Positions 21,854 through 31,919 of a stretch of 64,000 nt of DNA are shown here, one piece after another. The translations under genes were made by a program, and so were the position numbers. Numbering within the stretch: the stretch's first letter is position 1; each line of letters starts with the position of its first letter. The DNA comes from an uncultured Acidimicrobiaceae bacterium. GTDB lineage: Bacteria > Actinomycetota > Acidimicrobiia > Acidimicrobiales > Bog-793. The DNA lies in assembly GCA_963804265.1 (NCBI GenBank), contig CAWDPZ010000025.1, forward strand, positions 44,869 through 108,868, given 5' to 3'. Under the pieces are notes generated by a model. It searched no databases. It had not been told where the DNA came from and saw only the letters and a list, made by a program, of their open reading frames with translations.

Positions 21854-22073
21854 TCGTCCTCGGCCCGGCAGGTGACAGGATCCTGCGCTGGAGCCGGCGC
21901 TCGTGCCGCTCCTGGCTCGCCATCCCGAGGCAGGATCACTGTCGGCTGCCGGGGAACGTGGTGCTCCCGCGGGCGCCTGCCATGATTGTCGAGGAACTCC
22001 AGTTCCACCGGAGGCGGGTGCGCTGTGCCGGAGGCACGCTGCTGCCGCATCGAACGAGTGAGGGGGATTGCCA

Positions 22074-22319
22074 ATGCCGAGGTTCATGGACTTCCATGCC
22101 GAGCTGAAGTTGCCGCCCGAGGCGATCGAGCAGATCACCGAGGACACGAAGAACGCCAAGGCGGACGAGTTCGGCGTCCGGCAGCTGGAACTGTTCCATA
22201 ATCCCGAGGGCAAGGTGTACTGCCTTCTCGATGCACCCGACGCCGACGCTGTCCGGAACCACCACGCGGCTATAGGTGTCCCTTGCGGGGAAGTGCACGA
22301 AGTCTCCCAGCTCCTCTAG
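22074..22319 (+). CDS. DUF4242 / SCO4226-like small metal-binding protein
   Basis: MPRFMDFH...GKVYCLLDAPDADAVRNHH..G..VHEV; RBS GAGGGGG. Confidence 0.75.
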   Translation: MPRFMDFHAELKLPPEAIEQITEDTKNAKADEFGVRQLELFHNPEGKVYCLLDAPDADAVRNHHAAIGVPCGEVHEVSQLL

Positions 22320-22395
22320 ACGCTCTTTCTGACGCTCGCGGCCCGCATCCCGTGGTCAATCCAGAACTGCTGCGTCCATCAGTGCCGTGGGTCTT

Positions 22396-23040
22396 GTGAG
22401 TGACGGCACCGACCGCGAAGCGGTCCGGCGCAGCTACGACGAGGTAGCCGAGGACTACGCGGCCCGCATCGGGGACGAGCTCGACCACAAGCCCCTTGAC
22501 CGCGCCCTTTTGGGCGCCCTCGTCGAGCAGGCCGGCACGGGCGCGCCCGTGGCCGACATCGGCTGCGGGCCCGGTCACGTGGCCGCCTTCCTCGCCGGCC
22601 TCGGCGCCGCGGCCGTCGGCGTCGACCTGTCCCCGCGTATGGTCGCCCTCGGCCGGCGGGACCATCCGGAGGTCGAGTTCCGCGAGGGCGACCTGCTGTC
22701 GCTGCCGGCAGCCGACGCCGAGTTCGCCGCCGCCGTCGCCCTCTACTCGATCATCCACCTCGGCCCTGATGAGCTGCGACCGGCCTTCGAGGAGGTCCGC
22801 CGCGCCTTGCGGCCTTCAGGGCGGTTCCTCGTCTCGTTCCACGTCGGCTCCGAGGTGAGGCACTTGGACGAGTGGTGGGGCCACGACGTTGACATCGACT
22901 TCCGTTTCTTCGAGCCCGACGACGTCGCCGCCTCCTTGGAGGCGGTCGGCTTCGTGGTGGAGGCGAGGCTCGAGCGGGAGAGCTACCCGGAGGAGGTCGA
23001 GACGCGCCGTGGGTACCTGCTGGCGCGACGTACTCCTTGA
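22396..23040 (+). CDS. Class I SAM-dependent methyltransferase
   Basis: VADIGCGPGH, GVDLSPRM, YSIIH, LRPSG. Confidence 0.9.
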   Translation: MSDGTDREAVRRSYDEVAEDYAARIGDELDHKPLDRALLGALVEQAGTGAPVADIGCGPGHVAAFLAGLGAAAVGVDLSPRMVALGRRDHPEVEFREGDLLSLPAADAEFAAAVALYSIIHLGPDELRPAFEEVRRALRPSGRFLVSFHVGSEVRHLDEWWGHDVDIDFRFFEPDDVAASLEAVGFVVEARLERESYPEEVETRRGYLLARRTP

Positions 23041-23060
23041 CGCGTCTGGGTTCGCGGGCG

Positions 23061-24062
23061 CTAGAGCTCGGCCGCGGCGGGGATGATCCTCGTCCGGTAG
23101 GCCTCGAGGGTCTCGGGGATGTCGTCGTGCATCAGGTAGAGGGCGAACTGGTCCACGCCGATGTCGGCCAGCTCGGCCAGCCGGGCGAGGTGCGCCTCGG
23201 CCGGTCCGAGGAGGCAGAAACGGTCGACGATGTAGTCGGGCACGAAGTCGACCGACGGGTTGCCCGCCCTGCCATGGTGGCTGTAGTCGTAGCCCTGCCG
23301 GTCGCGCACGTAGTCCGTGAGAGCCCGCGGCACCTCGGACGACTCGCCGTAGCGCGCCACGAGGTCGGCCACGTGGTTGCCGACCATCCCCCCGAACCAG
23401 CGGAGCTGCTCGCGCTGGTGGGCGAGGTCGCTTCCCACGTAGGCCGGGGCCGCCACGCAGATCGTCAGCTCGGCCGGGTCGCGGCCCGCCGTGCGGGCGG
23501 CGGCCCGGACCGCGTCGATGGTCCAGCGGGCGATGTCGGGGTCAGCGACCTGGAGGATCAGGCCGTCCGCCCTCTCTCCGATGACCTGCAGGGCCTTCGG
23601 GCCGTACCCGGCCCCCCAGACCGGCAAGCGGCTGTCGGATGCCCAGGGCAGCTTGACGGGCACCCCGTTCAAGATGGCCTGGCGGCCCTCGGCGAGCTCT
23701 TTGATGTTCGTGATCGCCTCGGCGAAGGTCTGCATCGAGGTGGGCTTGAGCCCGATGACACGCAGCGCCGAGTCACCGCGCCCGATGCCGCACACCGTCC
23801 TGTTGCCGAACATGTCGTTCAAGGTGGCGAAGATCGAGGCAGTGACTGACACGTCGCGTGTCGCCGGGTTGGTGACCATCGGGCCGACGCGGATGTGCGA
23901 GGTCGCCGACAAGATGTTCGCGTAGATGACGAAGGGCTCTTGCCACAGCACGCAGGAGTCGTAGGTCCAGACATGGCTGAAGCCCGCCTGCTCGGCCTGG
24001 CGTGCCCGTTCGATGACCCAGCTGGCGGGCGGGTCGGTCTGCAGGACCACTCCGATGTCCAT
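23061..24062 (-). CDS. LLM-class F420-dependent oxidoreductase, TIGR03842 (CPS_4043)-like
   Basis: MDIGVVLQTDPP, WTYDSCVLWQEP, GPMVTNPATRD, RWFGGMVGNHVAD, YDYSHHGRAGN. Confidence 0.85.
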   Translation of the reverse strand: MDIGVVLQTDPPASWVIERARQAEQAGFSHVWTYDSCVLWQEPFVIYANILSATSHIRVGPMVTNPATRDVSVTASIFATLNDMFGNRTVCGIGRGDSALRVIGLKPTSMQTFAEAITNIKELAEGRQAILNGVPVKLPWASDSRLPVWGAGYGPKALQVIGERADGLILQVADPDIARWTIDAVRAAARTAGRDPAELTICVAAPAYVGSDLAHQREQLRWFGGMVGNHVADLVARYGESSEVPRALTDYVRDRQGYDYSHHGRAGNPSVDFVPDYIVDRFCLLGPAEAHLARLAELADIGVDQFALYLMHDDIPETLEAYRTRIIPAAAEL

Positions 24063-24071
24063 CTTCGTCCT

Positions 24072-25475
24072 CTAGCGCAGGGCCTGGGAGAGCCGGCGCG
24101 GGACGAAGCGCCCGTGGCCCGGCTCGCCGGTGTAGGCGCCGTCGCCGATGATCGTGCGGCCGCGGGAGAACACCGTCTCGACGCGGCCTTTGATCTCCAT
24201 GCCCTCGTAGCAGGAGTAGTCCACGGCCATGTGGTGGGTGGCGGCCGAGATGGTCTGTTCGGCGGCGGGGTCGTAGATGACGATGTCGGCGTCGGATCCC
24301 GGGGCGACCGCCCCCTTGCGGGGGTAAAGGCCGAACATCTTCGCCGGGTTGGTCGAGGTCACCTCGACCCAGCGGGCGAGGGAGATCTCGCCTGCCACGA
24401 CGCCCTGGTAGATGAGGTCCATGCGGTTCTCGACGCCCGGAAGGCCGTTCGGGATCTTGGTGAAGTCGCCCCGGCCCAGCTCCTTTTGCTCTGCGAAGCA
24501 GAACGGGCAGTGGTCCGTCGCCACGACGGACAGGTCGTCGGTCCGTAGACCCCGCCAGAGCGCCGCCTGGTGCTCGCGGGGCCGAAGCGGCGGCGTGCAC
24601 ACGAACTTCGCCCCTTCGAAGCCCGGGCGGTCCATGTCGTCCTGCGACAAGAACAGGTACTGCGGGCAGGTCTCGGCAAAGGTGTTCTGGCCGCGGTCGC
24701 GCGCCTCGACGACCGCGGCGAGGGCGGGGGCGGAGGAGAGGTGGACGATGTAGAGCGGGGCACCGGTCACCTGGGCCAGGCGGATGGCGCGGTTGGCCGC
24801 CTCGCCTTCCATCTCCGCAGGCCGGGTGAGCCCGTGGAAGATGGGATCGGTCTGGCCCCGGGCGAGAGCCGAGGCGACGATGGCGTCGATGGCGATGCCG
24901 TTCTCGGCGTGGATCATTATCAGGGCCCCGTTCGACGTCGCCCGGTCCATCGCCTGGAGGATGTCCCTGTCGGTGGCGTAGAACACCCCGGGGTAGGCCA
25001 TGAAGAGCTTGAAGCTCGTCACGCCCTGGGCGACGAGCACGTCCATCTCCTTGAGGGAGGTCTCGGTGACGTCGGAGATGATGGCGTGGAAGGAGTAGTC
25101 GACGGCGCACACGCCGTCCGCCTTTTTCTGCCAGGCGTCCATCCCGGCGAGGAGCGAGCTGCCCTTGGTCTGGATGGCGAAGTCGATGATCATCGTCGTG
25201 CCGCCCCAGGCGGCCGCGCGGGTCCCGGTCTCGAAGGTGTCCGCCGACGTCGTGCCCCCGAAAGGCATGTCCATGTGGGTGTGGGCGTCGATGCCACCCG
25301 GCAGCACGTACTTGCCCGTCGCGTCGACCACGGCGTCAGCCGACTCGCGCCACTGCGCCGAGATGGTCGAGGCGCCCGCCGTCAGGGCCGCTACCTTCTC
25401 GCCGTCGATGAGCACGTCGACGGCGCAGGCCCCGTCGGCGGTGACGAGGGTGCCGCCGCGATGAACGGTGCGCAT
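24072..25475 (-). CDS. hydA: Dihydropyrimidinase / D-hydantoinase
   Basis: PGGIDAHTHMDMPFGGT, SFKLFMAYPG, HAENG, ETCPQYL, TDHCPF, IPNGLPGVE. Confidence 0.93.
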   Translation of the reverse strand: MRTVHRGGTLVTADGACAVDVLIDGEKVAALTAGASTISAQWRESADAVVDATGKYVLPGGIDAHTHMDMPFGGTTSADTFETGTRAAAWGGTTMIIDFAIQTKGSSLLAGMDAWQKKADGVCAVDYSFHAIISDVTETSLKEMDVLVAQGVTSFKLFMAYPGVFYATDRDILQAMDRATSNGALIMIHAENGIAIDAIVASALARGQTDPIFHGLTRPAEMEGEAANRAIRLAQVTGAPLYIVHLSSAPALAAVVEARDRGQNTFAETCPQYLFLSQDDMDRPGFEGAKFVCTPPLRPREHQAALWRGLRTDDLSVVATDHCPFCFAEQKELGRGDFTKIPNGLPGVENRMDLIYQGVVAGEISLARWVEVTSTNPAKMFGLYPRKGAVAPGSDADIVIYDPAAEQTISAATHHMAVDYSCYEGMEIKGRVETVFSRGRTIIGDGAYTGEPGHGRFVPRRLSQALR

Positions 25476-25477
25476 GA

Positions 25478-26321
25478 TCAGCCCTCGCAGAGCTGGTTGT
25501 AGGTGTCGGGCCGCCTGTCACGGTAGAAGGCCCAGGTGCGCCGCACCTCGTCGATCAGCCCCAGATCGAGGTCGCGGACGACGACGGTCTCGTCGACGTC
25601 GGAGGCCACCTCTCCCACGAACTGGCCCCGGGGGTCGACGAAGTAGGACTGCCCGTAGAACTCGTTCGTGCCGAGCGGCTCGACGCCGACGCGGTTGATC
25701 GTCCCGACGAAGTACTCGTTCGCGACCGCGGCGGCGGGCTGCTCCAGCCGCCACAGGTACTCCGACAGCCCCCGGCTCGTGGCGGACGGGTTGAAGACGA
25801 TCTTGGCCCCCCCGAGCCCGAGCGCCCGCCAACCCTCGGGGAAGTGGCGCTCGTAGCAGATGTACACGCCGACGCGGCCGACGGCGGTGTCGAACACCGG
25901 GTAGCCGAGGTTGCCGGGCCGGAAATAGAACTTCTCCCAGAAGCCGGACACCTGGGGGATGTGGTTCTTCCTGTGCTTGCCGAGATAGCGGCCGTCCGGC
26001 GTCGATGACGGCCGCGGTGTTGTAGAAGACGCCCGCCTGCTCGACCTCGTAAACGGGGACGACGAGCACCACCCCGAGCTGCCTTGCGAGGTCCATGAAC
26101 TGCCTGATGGTCGGTCCGTCGGGCACCTCTTCGGCGAAGTCGTACCACTCGCCGTCTTGGACCTGGCAGAAATAGGGCCCGTTGAACAGCTCCTGCAGGC
26201 AGACGACCCTGGCTCCGGCGGAGGCTGCCTCCTGCACGGACCCGACCGCGTTCTTGGTCATCGTCGCCTTGTCGCCGGCCCACCGGGCCTGCACCAGGGC
26301 CGCCCGCACCACATCAGCCAT
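25478..26321 (-). CDS. Nitrilase-family beta-ureidopropionase-like hydrolase; frameshift near 25995
   Basis: Glu-Lys-Cys triad regions [26 protein letters not shown] and [15 protein letters not shown]. Confidence 0.88.
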
Positions 26322-26447
26322 GACGTCCCCCTTCGTGCCCGTTTGAACGCGCAACACTCGCGCCGGAGCCTTTCGCTGTCAACGGCGCGCCGCCCCGGCA
26401 TGGAGCAATATGAGGTCTCGCAAGCGCTGCTCGGAGGGGAGGCCCCG

Positions 26448-27540
26448 ATGGTCCACGAGGTACGAGGCGTCATCGCCCGGTCAAAGGGGGCGCCGGTCGA
26501 GCTGACGACGGTGGTGGTGCCGGACCCCGGTCCCGGCGAGGCGCTCGTACGCGTCCAGGCCTGCGGGGTCTGCCACACGGACCTGCACTACCGCGAGGGC
26601 GGCATCAACGACGACTTTCCGTTTCTCCTCGGCCATGAGGCGGCCGGTGTCGTGGAAACCGTCGGGCCGGACGTCACCTCTGTGGCTCCAGGCGACTACG
26701 TCGTCCTGAATTGGCGGGCGGTCTGCGGCCAGTGCCGATCGTGCCGCCGGGGACGGCCGCAGTACTGCTTCTCCACCCACAACGCCGTCCAGAAGATGAC
26801 TCTCGTCGACGGCACGGTGCTCGCCCCCGCCCTCGGCATCGGAGCCTTTGCCGAGATGACCCTTGTGGCCGCCGGGCAGTGCACCAGGGTTGACCCGCGG
26901 GCTCGTCCCGAGGCAGCCGGTCTGCTCGGCTGCGGCGTCATGGCCGGACTTGGCGCGTGCGCTGTTCACCGGCGAGGTCGGCCTCGGGGACTCCGTGGCC
27001 GTATTCGGCTGCGGCGGGGTCGGCTGCGCGGCGATCGCCGGGGCCAAGCTCGCCGGCGCCTCGAGCGTGATCGCGGTCGACATCGACCCCCGCAAGCTCG
27101 AGCTGGCGCGGCAGTTCGGGGCGACGCACACGGTGAACTCGGCCGAGCAGGATGCCGTCGAGGCCATCCGCGCCCTGACCGGAGGCAACGGCGCCGATGT
27201 GTGCGTCGAGGCCGTGGGCAAACCGTCGGTCATGGAGCAGGCGTTCTACGCCCGTGATCTTGCGGGCACTCTCGTCCAGGTGGGCGTGCCCAGCCCGGAG
27301 ATGCGCATCGACCTTCCCATGATCGAGTTCTTCGGTCGCGGCGGGCGCCTCAAGCCGAGCTGGTACGGCGACTGCCTACCCTCGCGCGACTTCCCGATGC
27401 TCATCGACCTGTATCTGAACGGCAGGCTCGACCTCGACCGCTTCGTGTCCGAGACGATCGGGCTCGACGAGGTCGAGGAGGCCTTTCACCGGATGGAGCG
27501 CGGCGAGGTGCTCCGCTCGGTGGTGGTCGTCTCCTCCTGA
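26448..27540 (+). CDS. mscR: S-(hydroxymethyl)mycothiol dehydrogenase / S-nitrosomycothiol reductase; frameshift near 26960
   Basis: [59 protein letters not shown]. Confidence 0.88.
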
Positions 27541-27553
27541 GGGACGCAGGCGC

Positions 27554-29246
27554 TCAGGAGCGGCTGGTCGACGCTGTCAGGCGAGCTCGGTCCTCGTCGC
27601 GTGAAGCGGGGCGGGTTCGCGGGCCGGGGCCTCGGGTCGGGGCGCTTCGGCTGCAGCCTTGCTCCGCCTCGGCGGGCTTGGCTGTGCCGGCGGGCGCCGC
27701 CCCGATACCTCTGCGCAGCTCGACGTGGGGGATGAGCCAGGCCGCAGCGAAGGCGATCAGGCCGATCGGAGCCGCGATTATGAACACGGTCTGGATCGAC
27801 TGGGCGTAGGCGGCCACGAAGCCGTGGTGGATCGCCGGGGGAAGCTTGTCCAAGATCGCCGGCGTCACGCCCGAGGAGCTCAGGCCGCTCGGCAGCCGGG
27901 CGCCGTGGAGATGCCTCACCAGATTGCCGACGAGCACGTTGGAGAAGATGGCCCCGAAGATCGCAGCGCCGAACGAGCCTCCGATGGACCGGAAGAACGT
28001 GGCGCCCGAGGTGGCGACCCCGAGCTCGGAGTAGGGGACCGCGTTCTGGACGATGAGCACGAGCACCTGCATCACTGCGCCCAGTCCCAGGCCGAGCACG
28101 AGCATGTAGAGGGCGGCGGCGGCCGTGCCCGTCGCGATCCCCATGCGCGAGAGGAGGAACAGCCCGAGGGTGATGCCGAAGGTCCCGACGATGGGGAAGA
28201 TCCTGTAGCGGCCGGTCCTGCTGATGATCTGGCCCGAGCCGATCGACACGAAGAGCATGCCCGCCATCAAGGGCAGCAGCTGCAGGCCCGAGATCGTCGG
28301 CGACTCGCCGCGCACGATCTGGAAGAAGAGGGGCAGGTAGGTGATCGACCCGAACATCGCGAAGCCGACGATGAAGCCGACGAAGTTCGCGACAGAGAAC
28401 GTGCGGTCGGAGAAGAGGTGCAGCGGCAGCACCGGCTCTGTCGCCCGCCGCTCGACGAGGGCGAAGATGCCGGTGAACACCACGCCTGCCACCCCGAGGG
28501 CGATGATCTGGGGCGACCCCCACCGGTAGGTCGTGCCGCCGAGGCTGGTGAAGAGCACCAGGCAACCTGCCGCGAGGACGAGGAACGCCGTGCCCAGGTA
28601 GTCGATGACGTGGTGGATCCGGCGCATGTGTCCCGGGACGCGGCTCGCGACGACGAGGAGAGCCACGGCGCCGATGGGGACGTTGATGTAGAAGATCCAG
28701 CGCCACGAGAGCTGCTCTACGAAGACTCCTCCGAGCAGCGGTCCGGCCACGCTCGCGACACCGAACACCGCGCCGAACAGCCCCTGGTACCGGCCCCGGT
28801 CCCGGGGAGGGCACGATGTCGCCGACGATGGCCTGCGTCCCGACCATGAGGCCGCCGCCGCCCAGCCCCTGCAGTGCCCGGAACCCGATGAGCTGGACCA
28901 TGGTGTGGCTCAGTCCCGAGCAGACGGACCCGGCGAGGAAGATCAAGATGGCCGCCTGGAAGAAGACCTTCCGGCCGTACTGGTCGCCAAGCTTTCCCCA
29001 CAGCGGCGTGGACACCGTCGCGGCCAGCAGGTAAGCGACCACGACCCACGACAGGTGCGAGGCGCCGTGGAGGTCGGCGACGATCGTCGGCAGCGCCGTC
29101 GAGACGATCGTCTGGTCGAGCGCTGCAAGGAACAGCCCGAGCATCAAGGCGCCGATGATCACCAGCACCCGGCGGTGGCTGAGGTCGGTGATCGGGGCTG
29201 CTCCTGTCGGTTCGGTCAAAGTGTCGCTCATCGCCTTCTCGCTCAT
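27554..29246 (-). CDS. DHA2 (EmrB/QacA) MFS efflux transporter; frameshift near 28800
   Basis: LAALDQTIVSTALPTIV, GKLGDQYGRK, FRALQGLGGGG, WRWIFYINVPIG. Confidence 0.9.
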
Positions 29247-30060
29247 TTCGTTTGTCCAGATTGACTTCTGTACCCGGTTGCGGCACGAGGCCGCCCGCGC
29301 GGCTCGGCTGACGCAGGTACCTGACGGACCAGTCCCCGTCCCGAGACTGTCGATCGCGGCCCTTGTGAGCCGGGCGAGCGACTCCTCACCCCCGTTGGCG
29401 CTCCAGTACATCGCTGCCACCCGCACGGCCGCGAGCGCCGTCGCGGTGACAAGCGTGGGATAAGGGTCATGATAGGGGTCGCTTCCGAGGCGCTCTGCCA
29501 TCGCGACGGCGAGGCCCCGCTCGGTCTCGGCCATGTGCGCCGCGTACGCCCCCGACAGCTCCGGGTCGGCCCGGACGATGCAGAACCTCTGGAACCAGGC
29601 CTTCTTGCCTTCTCCGCCGAGGTCGTCGAGGTCCTCGTCGAGAATCGTCGCGTAGTCGATCAGGACGGCGCCGATCGCCTCGAGCGGAGTCTCATCGGCC
29701 GGTCGCGCGAAGCAGGCTTGCCCGCATCGACTCGATGCGCTCCGGATCGGCGCCGATCACGGCGGACTCCTTGGAGGGGAAGTAATTGAAGAAGGTCCTT
29801 GTCGCCACGTCGGCTGCTTCGGCGATGTCCTCCACCGTCACGTGCGCGAAGCCTCGGCGTGCCACGAGCTCGAGCGCCGCGTCACGCAGCGCCTGACGAG
29901 TGGCGCGCTTTTTGCGGTCGCGGCGCCCGCTGTGCGCGCCGGGGTCGGCGTGGGCGGGGTCCGCGAGGGTCGAGCCCGCCCCGGCGGTGGCCAAGTGTGC
30001 AGGCGTCAGGTGTGCAGGGTCAAGGGGCGCTGAGGTCAGGGGGCGCGCGTGGGTCACCAT
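29243..30060 (-). CDS. TetR family regulator (MftR-like C-terminus); frameshifts near 29710 and 29335
   Basis: RRDRKKRATRQAL..VTVEDIAEAADVATRTFFNYFPSKE. Confidence 0.85.
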
Positions 30061-30079
30061 TGTGCCTCAAGTGTAACAT

Positions 30080-30092
30080 TGCATCGAGTGCA
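30080..30092. promoter_or_regulatory. Candidate TetR operator
   Basis: TGCA-TCGAG-TGCA in the short divergent spacer between TetR and the ABC exporter. Confidence 0.4.
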
Positions 30093-30149
30093 TGTCCGGC
30101 GGCAGCGACGCGAACGCCGCCGCGACCGCCGGTCGCTACCGTCGACGAG

Positions 30150-31919
30150 ATGAGCAGTGCCCCGCGGCGGCGGAGCTCGGCCTCGTACCGGTCGCTCTGG
30201 CGGCTGCGGGGCTACGTTCGGCCTTACACACCTCAGATGCTGGCGATGCTGGCGTGCGCGACGCTCGCGGTCGCCGCCAGCACGCTCATCCCGCTCGTTC
30301 TCGAGGCCGTGGTGAACGGCCCGATCCACCGCGGGCAACGAGCCGAGCTCTTGCCGATGTTCCTGATCGCCCTCGGCCTCGGCATCTTGGAGGTTGTTCT
30401 CATCGTCGGTCGACGGCGAGTGCAGTCCGTCGCGATACAAAAGATCGAGCGCGAGATCCGCGACGGGATGTACGCCCGCCTGCAGCGCCTGCCGGTGGAA
30501 TTCCACGACCGATGGCAGACGGGCCAGCTCCTCTCCCGCACGACGAGCGACCTCGGGACGATTCGCCGCTTCCTCGGGTTCGGTGCCATCTTCTTCGTCG
30601 TCGACGCCCTGCAGTATCTCGCAGTGATGGGGCTCCTCATCGGGACGTACCCGCCGCTCGGCGTGGTGGCGCTCCTCACCACTTTGCCCGTGATCTGGTT
30701 GGCGAAACGCTTCGGGGCGAGTTACTCGCTGATCTCGCGTCGGGTCCAGGACCAGCAGGGAGATCTGGCCACGCTCACCGAGGAGGCCGCGAGCGGCATG
30801 CGCGTCGTGAAGGCTTTCGGGCGCGGCCCGTTGATGCAGGAACGATTCGGGGCCTCGGCGCGTGCCCTGCGGGGATCGGCGCTCGAGATGGTGCAGCTGC
30901 GCGCCCGGTTCTGGGGGCTGCTCACCCTCGTGCCCAACGTCTCCATGGCTCTCGCAGTGCTGGTCGGCGGAATCGCCGTCGCCCGAGGCTCGCTGTCTCT
31001 CGGAGCCCTGGTCGCCTTTACGACTCTGCTCGTCCTTCTGCAGTTCCCCATCATCGACCTCGGCTGGATCCTCTCCATGGCCCAGGAGGCGGCGACAGCG
31101 GCCGACCGGGTCTATGAGGTCTTCGACGCCGCCATGACCGTGGACGACAGGCCGGGCGCGGTTTCGCTGGTCTCCTCGTCAGGGCGGCTCACCTTCGACC
31201 ACGTCGGCTTTTGCTACCCCGGCAGCGCCCAGCCGGTGCTGCGCGACGTCAGTCTCACGATCGAACCGGGCGAGACGGTGGCGATCGTCGGCTTGACCGG
31301 CTCTGGGAAGACGACTCTGGCCTCCTTGCCGGCGCGACTGTACGACGTCACGTCGGGGCGCATCACCCTCGACGGGGTCGATGTGAGGGACATGACCATC
31401 GACTCCCTGCGCAGCCACGTGGCCGTCGTGTTCGAGCAGCCCGTGCTCTTTTCCATGAGCGTGCGGGAGAACCTGCTCCTCGGACGTCCGGATGCATCCG
31501 CCCAGGACATCGGAGATGCCCTGCAGCTCGCCCAGGCAGGGTTCGTGCACGAGCTTCCCTGGGGACTGGACACGCGCATCGGCGAGCAGGGGATGGCGCT
31601 ATCGGGCGGGCAGCGCCAACGCCTGGCCCTGGCGCGCGCGGTGCTCACCCGGCCCGCGGTGCTGGTGCTCGACGATCCGCTCTCGGCGCTCGATGTCAGC
31701 ACTGAGGCCCTCGTCGAAGAGAGCCTGGCGAGGGTGCTGGCTGACATGACGGGACTGCTGGTCGTGCACAGACCCTCTACGGTCGCGCTCGCCAACCGGG
31801 TCGCGCTGTTGCGTGACGGGGTTCTCGTCGCGGTCGGCACCCATCACGAGCTCATGGAGAGGCCCGACTACGCCTCGGTGCTGGCGGTGGAGCAAGACGC
31901 TTCGAGGACTTCATCGTGA
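30150..31919 (+). CDS. ABC exporter, TMD-NBD half 1 of a heterodimer
   Basis: Six-TM domain; GLTGSGKT, LSGGQRQR, degenerate LVLDDPLSALD. Confidence 0.9.
   Translation: MSSAPRRRSSASYRSLWRLRGYVRPYTPQMLAMLACATLAVAASTLIPLVLEAVVNGPIHRGQRAELLPMFLIALGLGILEVVLIVGRRRVQSVAIQKIEREIRDGMYARLQRLPVEFHDRWQTGQLLSRTTSDLGTIRRFLGFGAIFFVVDALQYLAVMGLLIGTYPPLGVVALLTTLPVIWLAKRFGASYSLISRRVQDQQGDLATLTEEAASGMRVVKAFGRGPLMQERFGASARALRGSALEMVQLRARFWGLLTLVPNVSMALAVLVGGIAVARGSLSLGALVAFTTLLVLLQFPIIDLGWILSMAQEAATAADRVYEVFDAAMTVDDRPGAVSLVSSSGRLTFDHVGFCYPGSAQPVLRDVSLTIEPGETVAIVGLTGSGKTTLASLPARLYDVTSGRITLDGVDVRDMTIDSLRSHVAVVFEQPVLFSMSVRENLLLGRPDASAQDIGDALQLAQAGFVHELPWGLDTRIGEQGMALSGGQRQRLALARAVLTRPAVLVLDDPLSALDVSTEALVEESLARVLADMTGLLVVHRPSTVALANRVALLRDGVLVAVGTHHELMERPDYASVLAVEQDASRTSS

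Noticed and set aside
27486..29534. TetR/MFS fusion
   Set aside because: Explained by indels. There is an ATGA overlap at 29243-29246.
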